IMG/VR virus record: IMGVR_UViG_3300037070_006409
Coordinates: 12,205 to 76,204 of that record
Length of the DNA stretch: 64,000 bases
Reading direction: 5' to 3' (one strand)
DNA from: a virus
Under the pieces are notes generated by a model, which saw only the letters and a program-made list of their open reading frames with translations, did not search any database and was not told the DNA's origin. Below are positions 1-8,951 of the stretch, piece after piece. The translations under genes and the position numbers were made by a program. Within the stretch, counting starts at the first letter, position 1; each line of letters starts with the position of its first letter.

Positions 1-20
1 TTGCCGACCCCGATTCGATC

Positions 21-1883
21 GTGCTCTCCGTCCGCGCTCCAGACGGCACGATGTCGATCTACATCTACGAAGCCAGCAGCTCGGAAGAACCGCGGATCAT
101 GCGCACCGGCACTGGCGACTACTTCTTCCGCCTCCAGGGCACCGAAACCGGCGCCTACGAGTACCGCTGGAAATGGTCGGGAGGCGCCGACGGCGAGGAG
201 AGCGGCACCTTGTACTTCGGCGTCAACCCGCTGCTGGAGCCGTTCCCCGACGGCACCTTCACCGCCGCCGAAGTCTGGGCACGCTCGCTCACGTTGAAGG
301 CCCGCTACCCCCAGGGCAGCGGAGACGGCGACTTCGACCTCCTGGTCGCCGCCGTCGCGCCTCTCGTCGGCGATATGACCGGCCGGGCGATCGCCGGCAC
401 CGAAGGCGAGGAAGTCCCCGAGGACAAGCGCGAGGTGGCGCTGCGGGTGATGGCGATGAAGACCGAGCAGTTCGACGCCGCGCTCGGCAGCACCAAGGCC
501 CGCCGTCGCTCCCTCAACCGCGGCAACCTGGCGAGCTTCTCGGCGGGGGCCTACTGTGTCCCAATGGACACCGAAGCGCTGACCTCGAAAGGCTGGCGCA
601 ACTACGGCGATCTCTGCGTCGGCGATCTCGTGCTCGGCTTCGATCAAGATGCAGATGTTGCCCGGTGGACACCGATCACGAACATTCGCGCGCCATTTGA
701 GTCTGAGGTGGTCAAGCTGGGCAACGGTCGCTGGTCTCTGCGCTGCACGCCTGATCACCGCTGGATCTCGCGTGATGACCGTTGGTGCGTTCGCGACCAA
801 GAGAACCCCTGGGAGATGACGAAGACGCGGGAGCTACTGGAAGGCGAGCGCCGACTAGTGCTCGCCGCCCCAGCGGAGACAGAGCGCAAACTCGACATCA
901 GCCCTCCCGAGGCAGCCCTAATCGCTTGGCTTCTCACCGATGGGCATATCGAACGCCGGGAAGAGGCTGTCAAGGTCGAGGCCCCACCGCTGGAAGATGG
1001 CGGGACTCGTTGCCTTTGTGGGGCCTTCATCCCCTATGGAGGGCGGGGGATGCCAAGGCACTTCTGTGATGACTGCGCTCCGGTGCGTCAGACCGAAACC
1101 CGGGATGCCTCTATGCGAGGGCGGATCTTCCAGAAGCATTATCGCGAGGAGGTCGAGTCCGTTCTCACGGCTGTGGCTGTCCCTCATTCCGTTCGTGAGA
1201 GAGGAGAGCAGGGCGGTGTTTACAGTCTCGGGTGCAGATGGCTTGCCGACCTTTGGGAGCGCGCATGCTTCGATGAGCTAGGGCCATCAGGGTTTGTCCT
1301 AGCGCTTGATAGGGACCAGCGCGAGGCGTTCCTAGAGGCGGGCCTGCTGGCCGAGGGGCACCTCGCATCTGCTACTGCCCCGCTGAAGGCGAAGGGCAAC
1401 TATGGCCCGTGGTATCGCTGGCAGTTCGCTCAGAACAAGGGGCCGGTCCTCGATGCTTTTGTGCTTGCCGCCCATCTCTGCGGCTACGTGGCACGCACTT
1501 GGAAGACTAAGGCAAAGTGCAGTGGCTTCATCTGCGGAGCAGCCCATGCGACCACTCAAAGGCTGCGCGTCGAGCCAGATGGTCGAGGGTTGGTTTGGTG
1601 CATCACCACCGAGCTTGGCACTTGGACGATGCGCCAAGGCAACATCATCGCGTTGACAGGGAACAGCGAGTCCTACTTCGGCCCCGAGCAGGCGATGCTC
1701 GCGAGGAGGCTCGACCCCGACCCGATCCTCGCCGAGCTGCTCTGGGCGCTCTGCACCGCGGCCAAGCGGGAAGAGTGGCTCGCCTTCTGGGACCCCGAGA
1801 ACAACCCGCAGGGCGTCGGCGGCGTGGTCTCTTTCCAGTACGGCAACCGACCCAACTACGGAACGTCTAGTCGGGGGTGGTGA
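21..1883 (+). CDS. Head-tail connector (neck/adaptor) protein with N-terminal beta-rich domain, interrupted by an intein; probably 5'-truncated by the window edge
   Basis: The frame is open from position 3 (ADPDSIVLSVRAPDGT...). After intein removal the exteins read LASFSAGAY|SESY, resembling the SFS.G.YS.SY motif of gp15/gp6-like connectors. It lies directly upstream of head-closure and neck genes. Confidence 0.65.
   Translation: MLSVRAPDGTMSIYIYEASSSEEPRIMRTGTGDYFFRLQGTETGAYEYRWKWSGGADGEESGTLYFGVNPLLEPFPDGTFTAAEVWARSLTLKARYPQGSGDGDFDLLVAAVAPLVGDMTGRAIAGTEGEEVPEDKREVALRVMAMKTEQFDAALGSTKARRRSLNRGNLASFSAGAYCVPMDTEALTSKGWRNYGDLCVGDLVLGFDQDADVARWTPITNIRAPFESEVVKLGNGRWSLRCTPDHRWISRDDRWCVRDQENPWEMTKTRELLEGERRLVLAAPAETERKLDISPPEAALIAWLLTDGHIERREEAVKVEAPPLEDGGTRCLCGAFIPYGGRGMPRHFCDDCAPVRQTETRDASMRGRIFQKHYREEVESVLTAVAVPHSVRERGEQGGVYSLGCRWLADLWERACFDELGPSGFVLALDRDQREAFLEAGLLAEGHLASATAPLKAKGNYGPWYRWQFAQNKGPVLDAFVLAAHLCGYVARTWKTKAKCSGFICGAAHATTQRLRVEPDGRGLVWCITTELGTWTMRQGNIIALTGNSESYFGPEQAMLARRLDPDPILAELLWALCTAAKREEWLAFWDPENNPQGVGGVVSFQYGNRPNYGTSSRGW
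555..1664 (+). mobile_element. Intein (370 aa) with LAGLIDADG-type endonuclease region
   Basis: Block A CVPMDTEALTSKGW, block B LRCTPDHRW, block F/G VWCITTELGTWTMRQGNIIALTGN followed by +1 Ser. LAGLIDADG-like motifs IAWLLTDG and AFLEAGLLAEG. Confidence 0.93.
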
Positions 1884-1884
1884 G

Positions 1885-2457
1885 GTGCCGTCACGTGAGG
1901 AGGCTCGTCGGCTACGCGCCAAGGGCCTTCTGCATCGCGAAATCGCGAAACGACTCGGGGTGCATAGCTCGACGGTCTCGCGGTGGCTCAACGGTCGGAA
2001 GCCAGTGCCAGCCGGTAGCTCGACGCCATCGGCTCGCAAGGTCACCGAGACGCGCCGCGCTAACGGTCTCTGCCCTCGGTGCGGTCAGACCCCGGCACCG
2101 GGGCGGGTGACGTGCGAGGCCTGTCTGGGGATTGACCGGGAGAAAGCCCGCGCCGCTCGTCGCCGGCTGGTCGCTGAGGTGATCGCCGCATATGGTGGAG
2201 AGTGCGTCTGCTGCGGCGAGAGCGAGCCGATGTTTCTCACCGTGGATCACCCGAACGACGACGGCGCGGATCACCGCCGCGAGCTGGGGATGGCGCGAGA
2301 TCGCGGGCAGTCGGCTGGTAGCCACTTCTACATGTGGTTGAAGCGCGAAGGATTCCCGGCCAGGTTCCGGCTGCTGTGCTTCAACTGCAACTCAGGGCGT
2401 CATCGGAACGGCGGGTTGTGCCCGCACCAGCGTAAGCGGCTACGGGCGGTGGCCTAG
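1885..2457 (+). CDS. HTH + zinc-finger HNH endonuclease (free-standing homing type)
   Basis: N-terminal HTH (HREIAKRLGVHSSTVSRWL), CPRC/CEAC, then YGGECVCCGE...LTVDH...LLCFNCN HNH-type core. Confidence 0.85.
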   Translation: MPSREEARRLRAKGLLHREIAKRLGVHSSTVSRWLNGRKPVPAGSSTPSARKVTETRRANGLCPRCGQTPAPGRVTCEACLGIDREKARAARRRLVAEVIAAYGGECVCCGESEPMFLTVDHPNDDGADHRRELGMARDRGQSAGSHFYMWLKREGFPARFRLLCFNCNSGRHRNGGLCPHQRKRLRAVA

Positions 2458-2903
2458 TGCCTTTGGGCGATGTCACCGTCCACACCGCGACTCCGATCCT
2501 CACCACGACCAGCGAGGACGAAGACACCTGGGTCGAGGGCGAGCCTGACGAGACGACCAGCTTCGGCGTCGTCTTCGACTGCTTCTACATGCACGGCCGG
2601 GGTGCCACTGAGCAGCCAGCGGTGCCGCGGGGCCGGCGCAAGGTCGAGGGGCCGACGATCATCTACGAGTCCGAACGCGACGATGGCTCGATCGTCCAGC
2701 TCGTCGCTGAGGACGAAGTGGTGATCGACCCCGGCGATGATGAGGGCATCTGGGCTGTGCTCGGGGGCGAAGGCCAGACGGTGAAAGTCGGCAACGAGGA
2801 GATCCCCGGTGTCCGCTTCCAGGTAGACGGTGACCCCGAACCCTTCCAACCACCCGGCGAAGTGCTGGGCTTCCAGGCTCGGCTCAAGCGGGTGGTGGAT
2901 TGA
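2457..2903 (+). CDS. Putative head-closure (head-tail adaptor, gp16-like) protein
   Basis: Size, position between connector and gp10-like gene, and beta-rich composition ending RFQVDGDPEPF...GFQARLKRV. Confidence 0.55.
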   Translation: MPLGDVTVHTATPILTTTSEDEDTWVEGEPDETTSFGVVFDCFYMHGRGATEQPAVPRGRRKVEGPTIIYESERDDGSIVQLVAEDEVVIDPGDDEGIWAVLGGEGQTVKVGNEEIPGVRFQVDGDPEPFQPPGEVLGFQARLKRVVD

Positions 2904-3288
2904 GCACCAAGATCGTCAGGGACGGCGGCTACCAGCCCACTCGTGATCCCGGTCCGGTACCGCCCGAGCTGATTCGCAAGGCAACCTGCAAGAACTGCGG
3001 CCGCGAGCCGTGGATGGGGCGGCCGCTGCACGACATTGGCGGGGGGCGCAAGGTCTGTACCGACTGCTTCTGCTTCTTCTCTCGCATCGACCCCCGCGAT
3101 CCGGCCGCGGAGCGCACCGCCCGCAGCGGTGATCCTGTCCACCTCAGGCTCGATGAGTGGCACGCTGCTGGCGAACCTTCGGTGCCGGTCCCGCTGTCGG
3201 ATACCACTGCGGGCTTGCACGTCGAGGAGCATGGCTGGCCGCCTCGCTGGTTGGAATGGCTGTGCGGCTGGCTCAAGCGGGTGGTGGA
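2881..3288 (+). repeat. 19-bp direct repeat GGCTCAAGCGGGTGGTGGA at 2881-2899 and 3270-3288
   Basis: Read directly. Both copies encode LKRVVD at the 3' ends of consecutive ORFs. Confidence 0.95.
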
Positions 3289-3292
3289 CTAG
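2900..3292 (+). CDS. Hypothetical protein with CxxC pairs
   Basis: TCKNC and VCTDC. 4-nt overlap with the upstream stop, and flanked by the 19-bp repeat. Confidence 0.55.
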   Translation: MSTKIVRDGGYQPTRDPGPVPPELIRKATCKNCGREPWMGRPLHDIGGGRKVCTDCFCFFSRIDPRDPAAERTARSGDPVHLRLDEWHAAGEPSVPVPLSDTTAGLHVEEHGWPPRWLEWLCGWLKRVVD

Positions 3293-3508
3293 GTGGCGGG
3301 TGCCGCAGACATCGAAGGTGTGGCGCTGCGCCAGCTACGGCAGGAAGCCAATCTCCCCGACGACGTGCAGGCGAAGGCGATCGGCGCGGTCCTTAGGCGC
3401 TGCGGCGACGACGAGGATCTGGCTCTGACAGCGCTCACCATGATCCCGGGCCCGGAGTGGGTCTCCGAGTTGCTCGGCCTGCATCCCGAGCGGAAGGTAG
3501 GGATCTGA
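3293..3508 (+). CDS. Hypothetical protein
   Basis: Tightly packed ORF with TGATG coupling to the next gene. Confidence 0.55.
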   Translation: MAGAADIEGVALRQLRQEANLPDDVQAKAIGAVLRRCGDDEDLALTALTMIPGPEWVSELLGLHPERKVGI

Positions 3509-3873
3509 TGCCGCGCAACGTCGAGGGCCGCCGCGTCGAGACCGCCGAGGAGATCGAGCAGGGCGGCGACTACGTGGTCAAGTACGCGCCCGACAGCAAG
3601 GTCATCGCCGCGATCGTCTTCGCCATGCCGGGCTTCTCCGAGCGCGACTCTGGCGCCCCGCTGTGGAACCGCATCGCCGGCCAGGGATCCTCGGACCCGC
3701 GCGACCGGGTGCGCTGGGAGATCACCGAGGACGAGCAGGGACGGGTCACGGTTGCCCCCTCGATCAAGGCGCAGTGGCCCGAAGGTGAGGAGGGTGAGCG
3801 CAAGCTCTTCCACGCCTACCTGCGCGATGGCACCTGGGAGGTGCTGGACGACACAGCCGGGGCGAGCTGGTAG
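3508..3873 (+). CDS. Hypothetical protein, DUF6527-like
   Basis: WEITED..GRVTVAPSI...FHAYLRDGTW resembles the T..PSI...H..L..G.W pattern recalled for DUF6527. ATG at 3508 overlaps the upstream TGA. Confidence 0.45.
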   Translation: MPRNVEGRRVETAEEIEQGGDYVVKYAPDSKVIAAIVFAMPGFSERDSGAPLWNRIAGQGSSDPRDRVRWEITEDEQGRVTVAPSIKAQWPEGEEGERKLFHAYLRDGTWEVLDDTAGASW

Positions 3874-3875
3874 CC

Positions 3876-4415
3876 GTGGGCTACAAAGCCGACGGCGATC
3901 TCGGCACAGACCTCTTCCCCGAGCGCTTCATCACCGAGACCGCCGAGGAGATCGCCGACGCCGTGGGCGACCGCTTCCGCGACGGCGTGGCAAAGCGCAC
4001 CCCGGTCGCCCGTCTTCCCCAGGCCTACACCGGGGACTTCATCGAGTGGATCAAGGACCGCGGTGGCCGCACGCCGCGGACCATGCGCGACTCCTGGCGC
4101 CGCTCGACCGTCAAACGCAACCCTGACGGCACCCTCACCGTCGAGATCTACAGCGACGAACCGATGGACAGCCAGGGTCGGCAGAAGGCCGATCTTGTCG
4201 AGGAGGACACGCGGCCGCACCTCATCCGGGCCAAGCGCGCCAAGGCCCTGCGCTACCCGTTCGGGCCGGTCTTCCGCTACAACGTCGAGGTCTGGCACCC
4301 CGGCACCCAGGGCGTCCATATGTGTCGCGACACCGAAGCCGAGATGGAGGTGGCGTGGGAGACGATCGCCCGCCCGATCCTGGAGCGCAAGGAGCGCGAG
4401 TACAGCGACGTGTAG
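3876..4415 (+). CDS. HK97 gp10-like neck/tail-completion protein
   Basis: RTPV...MRDSW...VEEDTRPHLIRAKRAKALRY...VWHPGTQG, characteristic of this family. Confidence 0.75.
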   Translation: MGYKADGDLGTDLFPERFITETAEEIADAVGDRFRDGVAKRTPVARLPQAYTGDFIEWIKDRGGRTPRTMRDSWRRSTVKRNPDGTLTVEIYSDEPMDSQGRQKADLVEEDTRPHLIRAKRAKALRYPFGPVFRYNVEVWHPGTQGVHMCRDTEAEMEVAWETIARPILERKEREYSDV

Positions 4416-4620
4416 TTTTGTCGCGATAGAGTCGAAACGTACCGGCGTACCCGTCGGGGGTTGATAAGGAGGCGGGGAAGCGTCGCGGGCGCGGCATGAT
4501 CCGAGTCCCCCGAGTGCCGGAGTCGCTGCCGTCGAGGCGGATGAAATCTCGGCCACTCCTTTCGGGGGCAGGCCGTGGCCTCGGCGGGAGCGACGCCCGA
4601 CCGCGAGTATCGTGTTCCGC

Positions 4621-4809
4621 ATGGCCGACGATCCCGAGGTCCGCTTCACCGATGACCCGGATGCCGCTGCTTGGCGCTACGACCGCGCCGCTCACTTGCT
4701 GACTCTCAGCCGACCGAAGGCGCGGGAGCAACTTGGCTCCGAGACCTCTGACCCCGTAATCGCCATGCTCGGCCTCAGCGACTGGAGGGACAGTGGCCTG
4801 GGCGGTTGA
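4621..4809 (+). CDS. Small hypothetical protein
   Basis: ATG 7 nt after a TATCGT -10-like hexamer; overlaps the next gene. Confidence 0.4.
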   Translation: MADDPEVRFTDDPDAAAWRYDRAAHLLTLSRPKAREQLGSETSDPVIAMLGLSDWRDSGLGG

Positions 4810-5419
4810 CGACGTGAAGCGCTCGGTGCGGCGCTACCTTTCGATGACGCTCGAATCGCCACCGTGGAAGCTGCGGGTCGAGCGTCGCGAGGTGAAAGAC
4901 GAGGAGCGCCCGGTCGGCGTCGTCACCGACGGCCCGATCACCGTGGCGCGCGCCCGCGCCGCGACTCCCCAGGGCAACGTCGAGGAGATCATGCCGGTGA
5001 CCGTGACGCTTTACCCGGCGATCGCCAGCGGCGACGTTGACGGGCTGCGCGCTGGCCGCCTCGAAGCCGACCAGCTCAAGGCCCAGCTCAACGAGCTGCT
5101 CAACACCGGCCTCACGGTGACGACGAAAGAGGAAGGCCGCGTGCGCCATTGGGCGGGGCCGTTCCGGCTCCCGCTCTGGGACTACGCCGACGTGCCGCTG
5201 AGCGGCGAGGATAAGGCTGGCCCCGAGGACCCCCACGACGTGCTCTGGGTGGTCGATGGGTCCACAGCCGTCGATGCGATCCAGGACCCCGAAGACGCCC
5301 GCCGCTGGACCGTCGTCGCCAACTTCCGCGTCTCGATCGAGCGCCCCGGCCGCGTCCCCGGCGAGGACGAGGTGATGGACGTGGAGGACTTCCAGGGCAG
5401 CTTCGTCGGCGAGCCTTGA
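4793..5419 (+). CDS. Putative tail terminator/completion protein
   Basis: Position between gp10-like gene and sheath; size; strong GC3 codon bias. Confidence 0.55.
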   Translation: MAWAVDDVKRSVRRYLSMTLESPPWKLRVERREVKDEERPVGVVTDGPITVARARAATPQGNVEEIMPVTVTLYPAIASGDVDGLRAGRLEADQLKAQLNELLNTGLTVTTKEEGRVRHWAGPFRLPLWDYADVPLSGEDKAGPEDPHDVLWVVDGSTAVDAIQDPEDARRWTVVANFRVSIERPGRVPGEDEVMDVEDFQGSFVGEP

Positions 5420-5585
5420 TACTCTGTATCGCGCTGGCCTGTTCTAGTCGTCCGTAGCGGGACTGTGGGCGTGGCAGCTACCACGTCTAGTCGATCCTCC
5501 GGCATTGGGTCTTGGCCTGATCATCCAGGGCCAACAAGAGGGAGGAGAGAGCATGGGCCAGGGAATCGCAAGATTCTGACCCTAG

Positions 5586-5610
5586 AAGGGCCTCCCCCGC
5601 GGAGGCCTTT
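5586..5610 (+). terminator. Intrinsic terminator-like hairpin
   Basis: GGCCTCC-CCCGC-GGAGGCC followed by TTT. Confidence 0.55.
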
Positions 5611-5681
5611 CCGGGTTAAAGGGGATAGTCCGATCTCATTCAGCGGTTTCACTTTTGGAGCTGGCCTATTCTGCGCACTCG

Positions 5682-6083
5682 ATGGGCGACCAGCCGAAAC
5701 CGGGTTCCTCCCCACGCAGCGGCGACGCAGCCGCGCAGCGCAAAGCCGAGGAGGAGCGTCAGGCCGCCGAGAAGGCAGCCACCGAGGCCGCTGAGAAGCG
5801 CGAAGCGCTTGACCTCCCAGCCGACGCCACCGACGAGGAAGTCGAGAAGGCCGAAGAGGCTGCCACGGCACCCTCGGAGGAGGAGGAGGTCCAGGAGGCC
5901 GAGGGACCGCAGCGCTACCCGGTCGAGGAGCTGCTCGAAAACGCCCGCACGCTGACGGGCTTCTCCCGGCACCTCCTGGCGGGGGCGCTCAGCGGAAAGG
6001 ACCGCGAGACGTTCACCGTCGAGGAAGCCAAGGCTGCGGCCAAGAGCTTCTCCAAGCGCAAGGTGGGTGAGGAGGAGAAGTGA
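5682..6083 (+). CDS. Acidic low-complexity protein with C-terminal YqzN/YkzM-like domain (PBSX pre-sheath gene)
   Basis: C-terminus YPVEELLENARTLTGFSRHLLAGAL...FTVEEAKAAAKSF resembles the small pre-sheath proteins of PBSX/skin elements. It overlaps the sheath start. Confidence 0.5.
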   Translation: MGDQPKPGSSPRSGDAAAQRKAEEERQAAEKAATEAAEKREALDLPADATDEEVEKAEEAATAPSEEEEVQEAEGPQRYPVEELLENARTLTGFSRHLLAGALSGKDRETFTVEEAKAAAKSFSKRKVGEEEK

Positions 6084-7579
6084 CGACCCTCCAGCGCCCC
6101 GACAATCCGGGCACCTACATCAGCCTCGTCGGCGAATCCGCCGTCCGGCCTCCTGCCAACGTCGCCTCCACCGTCGCCATCCCGATCGTCCACGATTGGG
6201 GGCCGATCGGCTCCGACGAACCGGGCAGTGACGGCAAGCAGGGCGGCGTCCAGCTCTGCGAAGTCTTCGGCAACTTCGACGCTCTCTTCGGCAACTCCGA
6301 CACCGACGGCCGCGATGCCGCACTCGGTGCCTTCGTCGGCCCTGGCGTCCCAGGTGAGCCGGGAGCAGGCGGCGTCCTGGTCTACCGCATGGCGACCAGC
6401 GCCGCAAAAGCCTCGACCAAAACGATCAAAAACACGAAAGAAGCCCCCGAAGATGCGCTGGTCCTCACGGCGGTCTACAAGGGCGAGCGCGGCGATCGGA
6501 TCTCCTACGTCATCGACACCGATCCCACCGATGAAGCGAAGGCCCGGCTGCGCATCCGCTTCGACGGCGTGGTCCAGGAGCGCTACAGCTACGCCAAAAC
6601 GGACATCACCGCCCTGGCGGCAGCGATCAACGCCCGCTCCAAGTACGTCACCGCCGAAGTGAAAAAATCCGGCATCGCGCTCGCCACCACCACCGGCACC
6701 GCGCTGGCCGGCGGCAACAACGGTGACGAAGTGACGGCGACCGAGTGGGAAGAAGCACTCTCGTCCTTCGAGTTGCAGGACTTCTCGATCTTCGCGCCAT
6801 TCGACCTCACCGACGACGAAGTGATCGCGATGGTGCTCTCCTGGGTGGAAACCCAGGCCGCGCAGCAGACGCCGGTCTTCGCCGTCCTCGGCGGGAAAGA
6901 CACCGAGGACCTCACCGAAGCGATCGAAAAAGCGGAAGACATCCGCAACGAGCACATCGTCCGCGTCGCCGGAGGGAAATTCCACGACGACTTCTTGGAC
7001 AAGGACATCAGCACCTCCAAGCTCGCCGCCCGGATCGCGGGCATCCTCGCCGGCCGCGGCGAAGAGTCCTCGCTCACCTTCGCTCCGATCGCCGGTCTCA
7101 AGCAGGTCGGCTCCACGATCATCGGCACCGACGAGCTGGCGCTTGCCGCCGAACAGGGCCTGACCGTCTTCCGCCGGGCTTCACGTCCGAACACCGACCT
7201 CGTGATCGCCAAGGGCGTCACGACCTACACGAATCAGACGGACCCGACGAAGCCCTACGAACTCTTTTCCGACCCGCGCATCGTCCGCGTCGCCGACCTC
7301 TTCCTGCGGCGGATGAAGGAGTGGGGCGACGAGAACATCATTGGCCCGACGCGCGTCATCGAGACCACGAAGGCGGCTGTGAGGCAGCGCGGTATCGCCG
7401 AGCTGTCCGACCTCGAATCGCGAGGCATGATCCTGCCTGGCACGAGCGAGGCCGACAAACCCTTCTTCCGCATCGTGGACGACCCCGGCCCGAGCCTGGA
7501 AGACGCGATCGTCTTCGAGTTCGGCTGGAAGTTCGCCCGCACGACCAACTTCTTGATCGGCACCGGGAAGGTGAGGTAG
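6080..7579 (+). CDS. Contractile tail sheath protein (XkdK-like)
   Basis: N-terminal RPDNPGTYI...AIPIVHDWGP; LAGGNNG; AARIAGILAG...SLTF; C-terminal IVRVAD. Confidence 0.9.
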   Translation: MTTLQRPDNPGTYISLVGESAVRPPANVASTVAIPIVHDWGPIGSDEPGSDGKQGGVQLCEVFGNFDALFGNSDTDGRDAALGAFVGPGVPGEPGAGGVLVYRMATSAAKASTKTIKNTKEAPEDALVLTAVYKGERGDRISYVIDTDPTDEAKARLRIRFDGVVQERYSYAKTDITALAAAINARSKYVTAEVKKSGIALATTTGTALAGGNNGDEVTATEWEEALSSFELQDFSIFAPFDLTDDEVIAMVLSWVETQAAQQTPVFAVLGGKDTEDLTEAIEKAEDIRNEHIVRVAGGKFHDDFLDKDISTSKLAARIAGILAGRGEESSLTFAPIAGLKQVGSTIIGTDELALAAEQGLTVFRRASRPNTDLVIAKGVTTYTNQTDPTKPYELFSDPRIVRVADLFLRRMKEWGDENIIGPTRVIETTKAAVRQRGIAELSDLESRGMILPGTSEADKPFFRIVDDPGPSLEDAIVFEFGWKFARTTNFLIGTGKVR

Positions 7580-7582
7580 CCC

Positions 7583-8104
7583 ATGCCCCAGCAGGCATAC
7601 CCAGGACCCAAGGGCAACCTCAAGCCACGCCAGCGTCGCGCTGGCCGCGCTGGCAAGGTCTGGATCAACGGCCGCTTCATGGGCGACATCCTTTCCGTGC
7701 AGTGGGACGTGGAGATCGAGCAGATCCCGGTCGCGATGCCGGGCACGTGGCAGGACGGCACCAAGCCTGGCGCCGAGGCCCGCCGCGGCACCTTCCGCTT
7801 CCAGGACGTTGACGACGAGTGGCGTCGCCTCGTCTGGGGCTTCTGCCAGGCCCGCAAGCAGGGCAACCGCGAGCTGGCCGCCGAATTCCCCGAATTCGAT
7901 GTCATCACCGAAATTGACGACGTGGGCGCGCCCGCGAAGACGCGCTGGTCGCTGCTGAGCTGCCAGCTCTTTAGCTACTCCGGCGGCTTCTCCCAGGAAG
8001 ACCAGCTCCTCGTCCGCGACGTGCCCTTCACCTTCGAGGACGACCTCCCGCTGGACTCGTTCGTGTATTCAGACGCGGGAATCACCACGTATGAAAATGG
8101 CTGA
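7583..8104 (+). CDS. Tail tube protein (XkdM-like)
   Basis: GRAGKVWING...G.K.G...RGT...VDD...IDD...VPFTFED; follows the sheath. Confidence 0.85.
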   Translation: MPQQAYPGPKGNLKPRQRRAGRAGKVWINGRFMGDILSVQWDVEIEQIPVAMPGTWQDGTKPGAEARRGTFRFQDVDDEWRRLVWGFCQARKQGNRELAAEFPEFDVITEIDDVGAPAKTRWSLLSCQLFSYSGGFSQEDQLLVRDVPFTFEDDLPLDSFVYSDAGITTYENG

Positions 8105-8106
8105 GG

Positions 8107-8577
8107 ATGCCCTCCTCGGCCTTTTCGGATAACGCCTGGTTCTCCGGCTTCGCTGACGGCGAGGGCAGCTTTGGGATCTACCCGACTTACCGGCCTCACG
8201 GCGGCTATACCCCGCGCTTCGCTCTGCATATCCGCGCCGACGATCTCCCTGTACTGGAGGAATTGCGCGCAGAGTTCGGCGGGTCGATCCGGTTCCGTTG
8301 CACGCAGGCCGAACGGGGCGAAGGAAGGCCGCAGGCCTACTGGACGGTCAACGGCAAGGCTGACCTTGCGCGGTTGGTCGCCTACTTTGATCGTTTCCCT
8401 TTGAGGGCGAAGAAGCAGCGTGACTATGCGATCTGGCGCCATGCCGTTCAGGTCTACCTTGCCAACGGCTATAGGGCCAGAGAGCTGCCAGCGTTGTACG
8501 AGGCGATCGTTGCAGTGCGCGACTACGAGGCACCCGATGCTCTAGCTCCCGAGGCAATCCCAGAGAGCATCGCCTGA
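8107..8577 (+). CDS. Single-motif LAGLIDADG homing endonuclease
   Basis: WFSGFADGEGSFGI...DDLPVLEEL...FGGSI...YFDRFPLRAKKQRDYAIW. Confidence 0.9.
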   Translation: MPSSAFSDNAWFSGFADGEGSFGIYPTYRPHGGYTPRFALHIRADDLPVLEELRAEFGGSIRFRCTQAERGEGRPQAYWTVNGKADLARLVAYFDRFPLRAKKQRDYAIWRHAVQVYLANGYRARELPALYEAIVAVRDYEAPDALAPEAIPESIA

Positions 8578-8951
8578 TGCCAGCCGTTGATTACGCCGCA
8601 GCCTGGCACGACCTGGCGCGCCGGCTGGGCGAGAAGCCACATTGGGGCACGCGCGATCTCTATGCGCTGCTGACCGAGGTGGCGGCCGACCACGAGGTCC
8701 CCGAGGATCTTCTCCAACGAGCACTTCGCCTCCACGGAGGGGCGTTGACCATCCAACTAGTCCCCGAGCCGGGGGCCGATGACGAGGGCGGTTTGCCTGC
8801 CCCCGCCATGCCGCCCGAGCCGGGGTCATCGACCGGCGGAAGGAGCCACGATGAGCGAGAAGGACAGAAAACAGCACACCCCCCGAGCAGGTCTGGGAGG
8901 GGCAGCGACCCCCCCACCGCCCGGAGAGGTGCAGCCACCGTCTCCGCCTGA
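8577..8951 (+). CDS. Hypothetical protein
   Basis: TGATG coupling to the endonuclease; its 3' part overlaps the chaperone by about 100 nt. Confidence 0.45.
   Translation: MPAVDYAAAWHDLARRLGEKPHWGTRDLYALLTEVAADHEVPEDLLQRALRLHGGALTIQLVPEPGADDEGGLPAPAMPPEPGSSTGGRSHDEREGQKTAHPPSRSGRGSDPPTARRGAATVSA

Noticed and set aside
4416-5640. tRNA or other known structured RNA in the intergenic gaps
   Set aside because: No cloverleaf, T-loop GTTCRA arm or CCA pattern was found by eye; a tRNA/Rfam scan was not possible.
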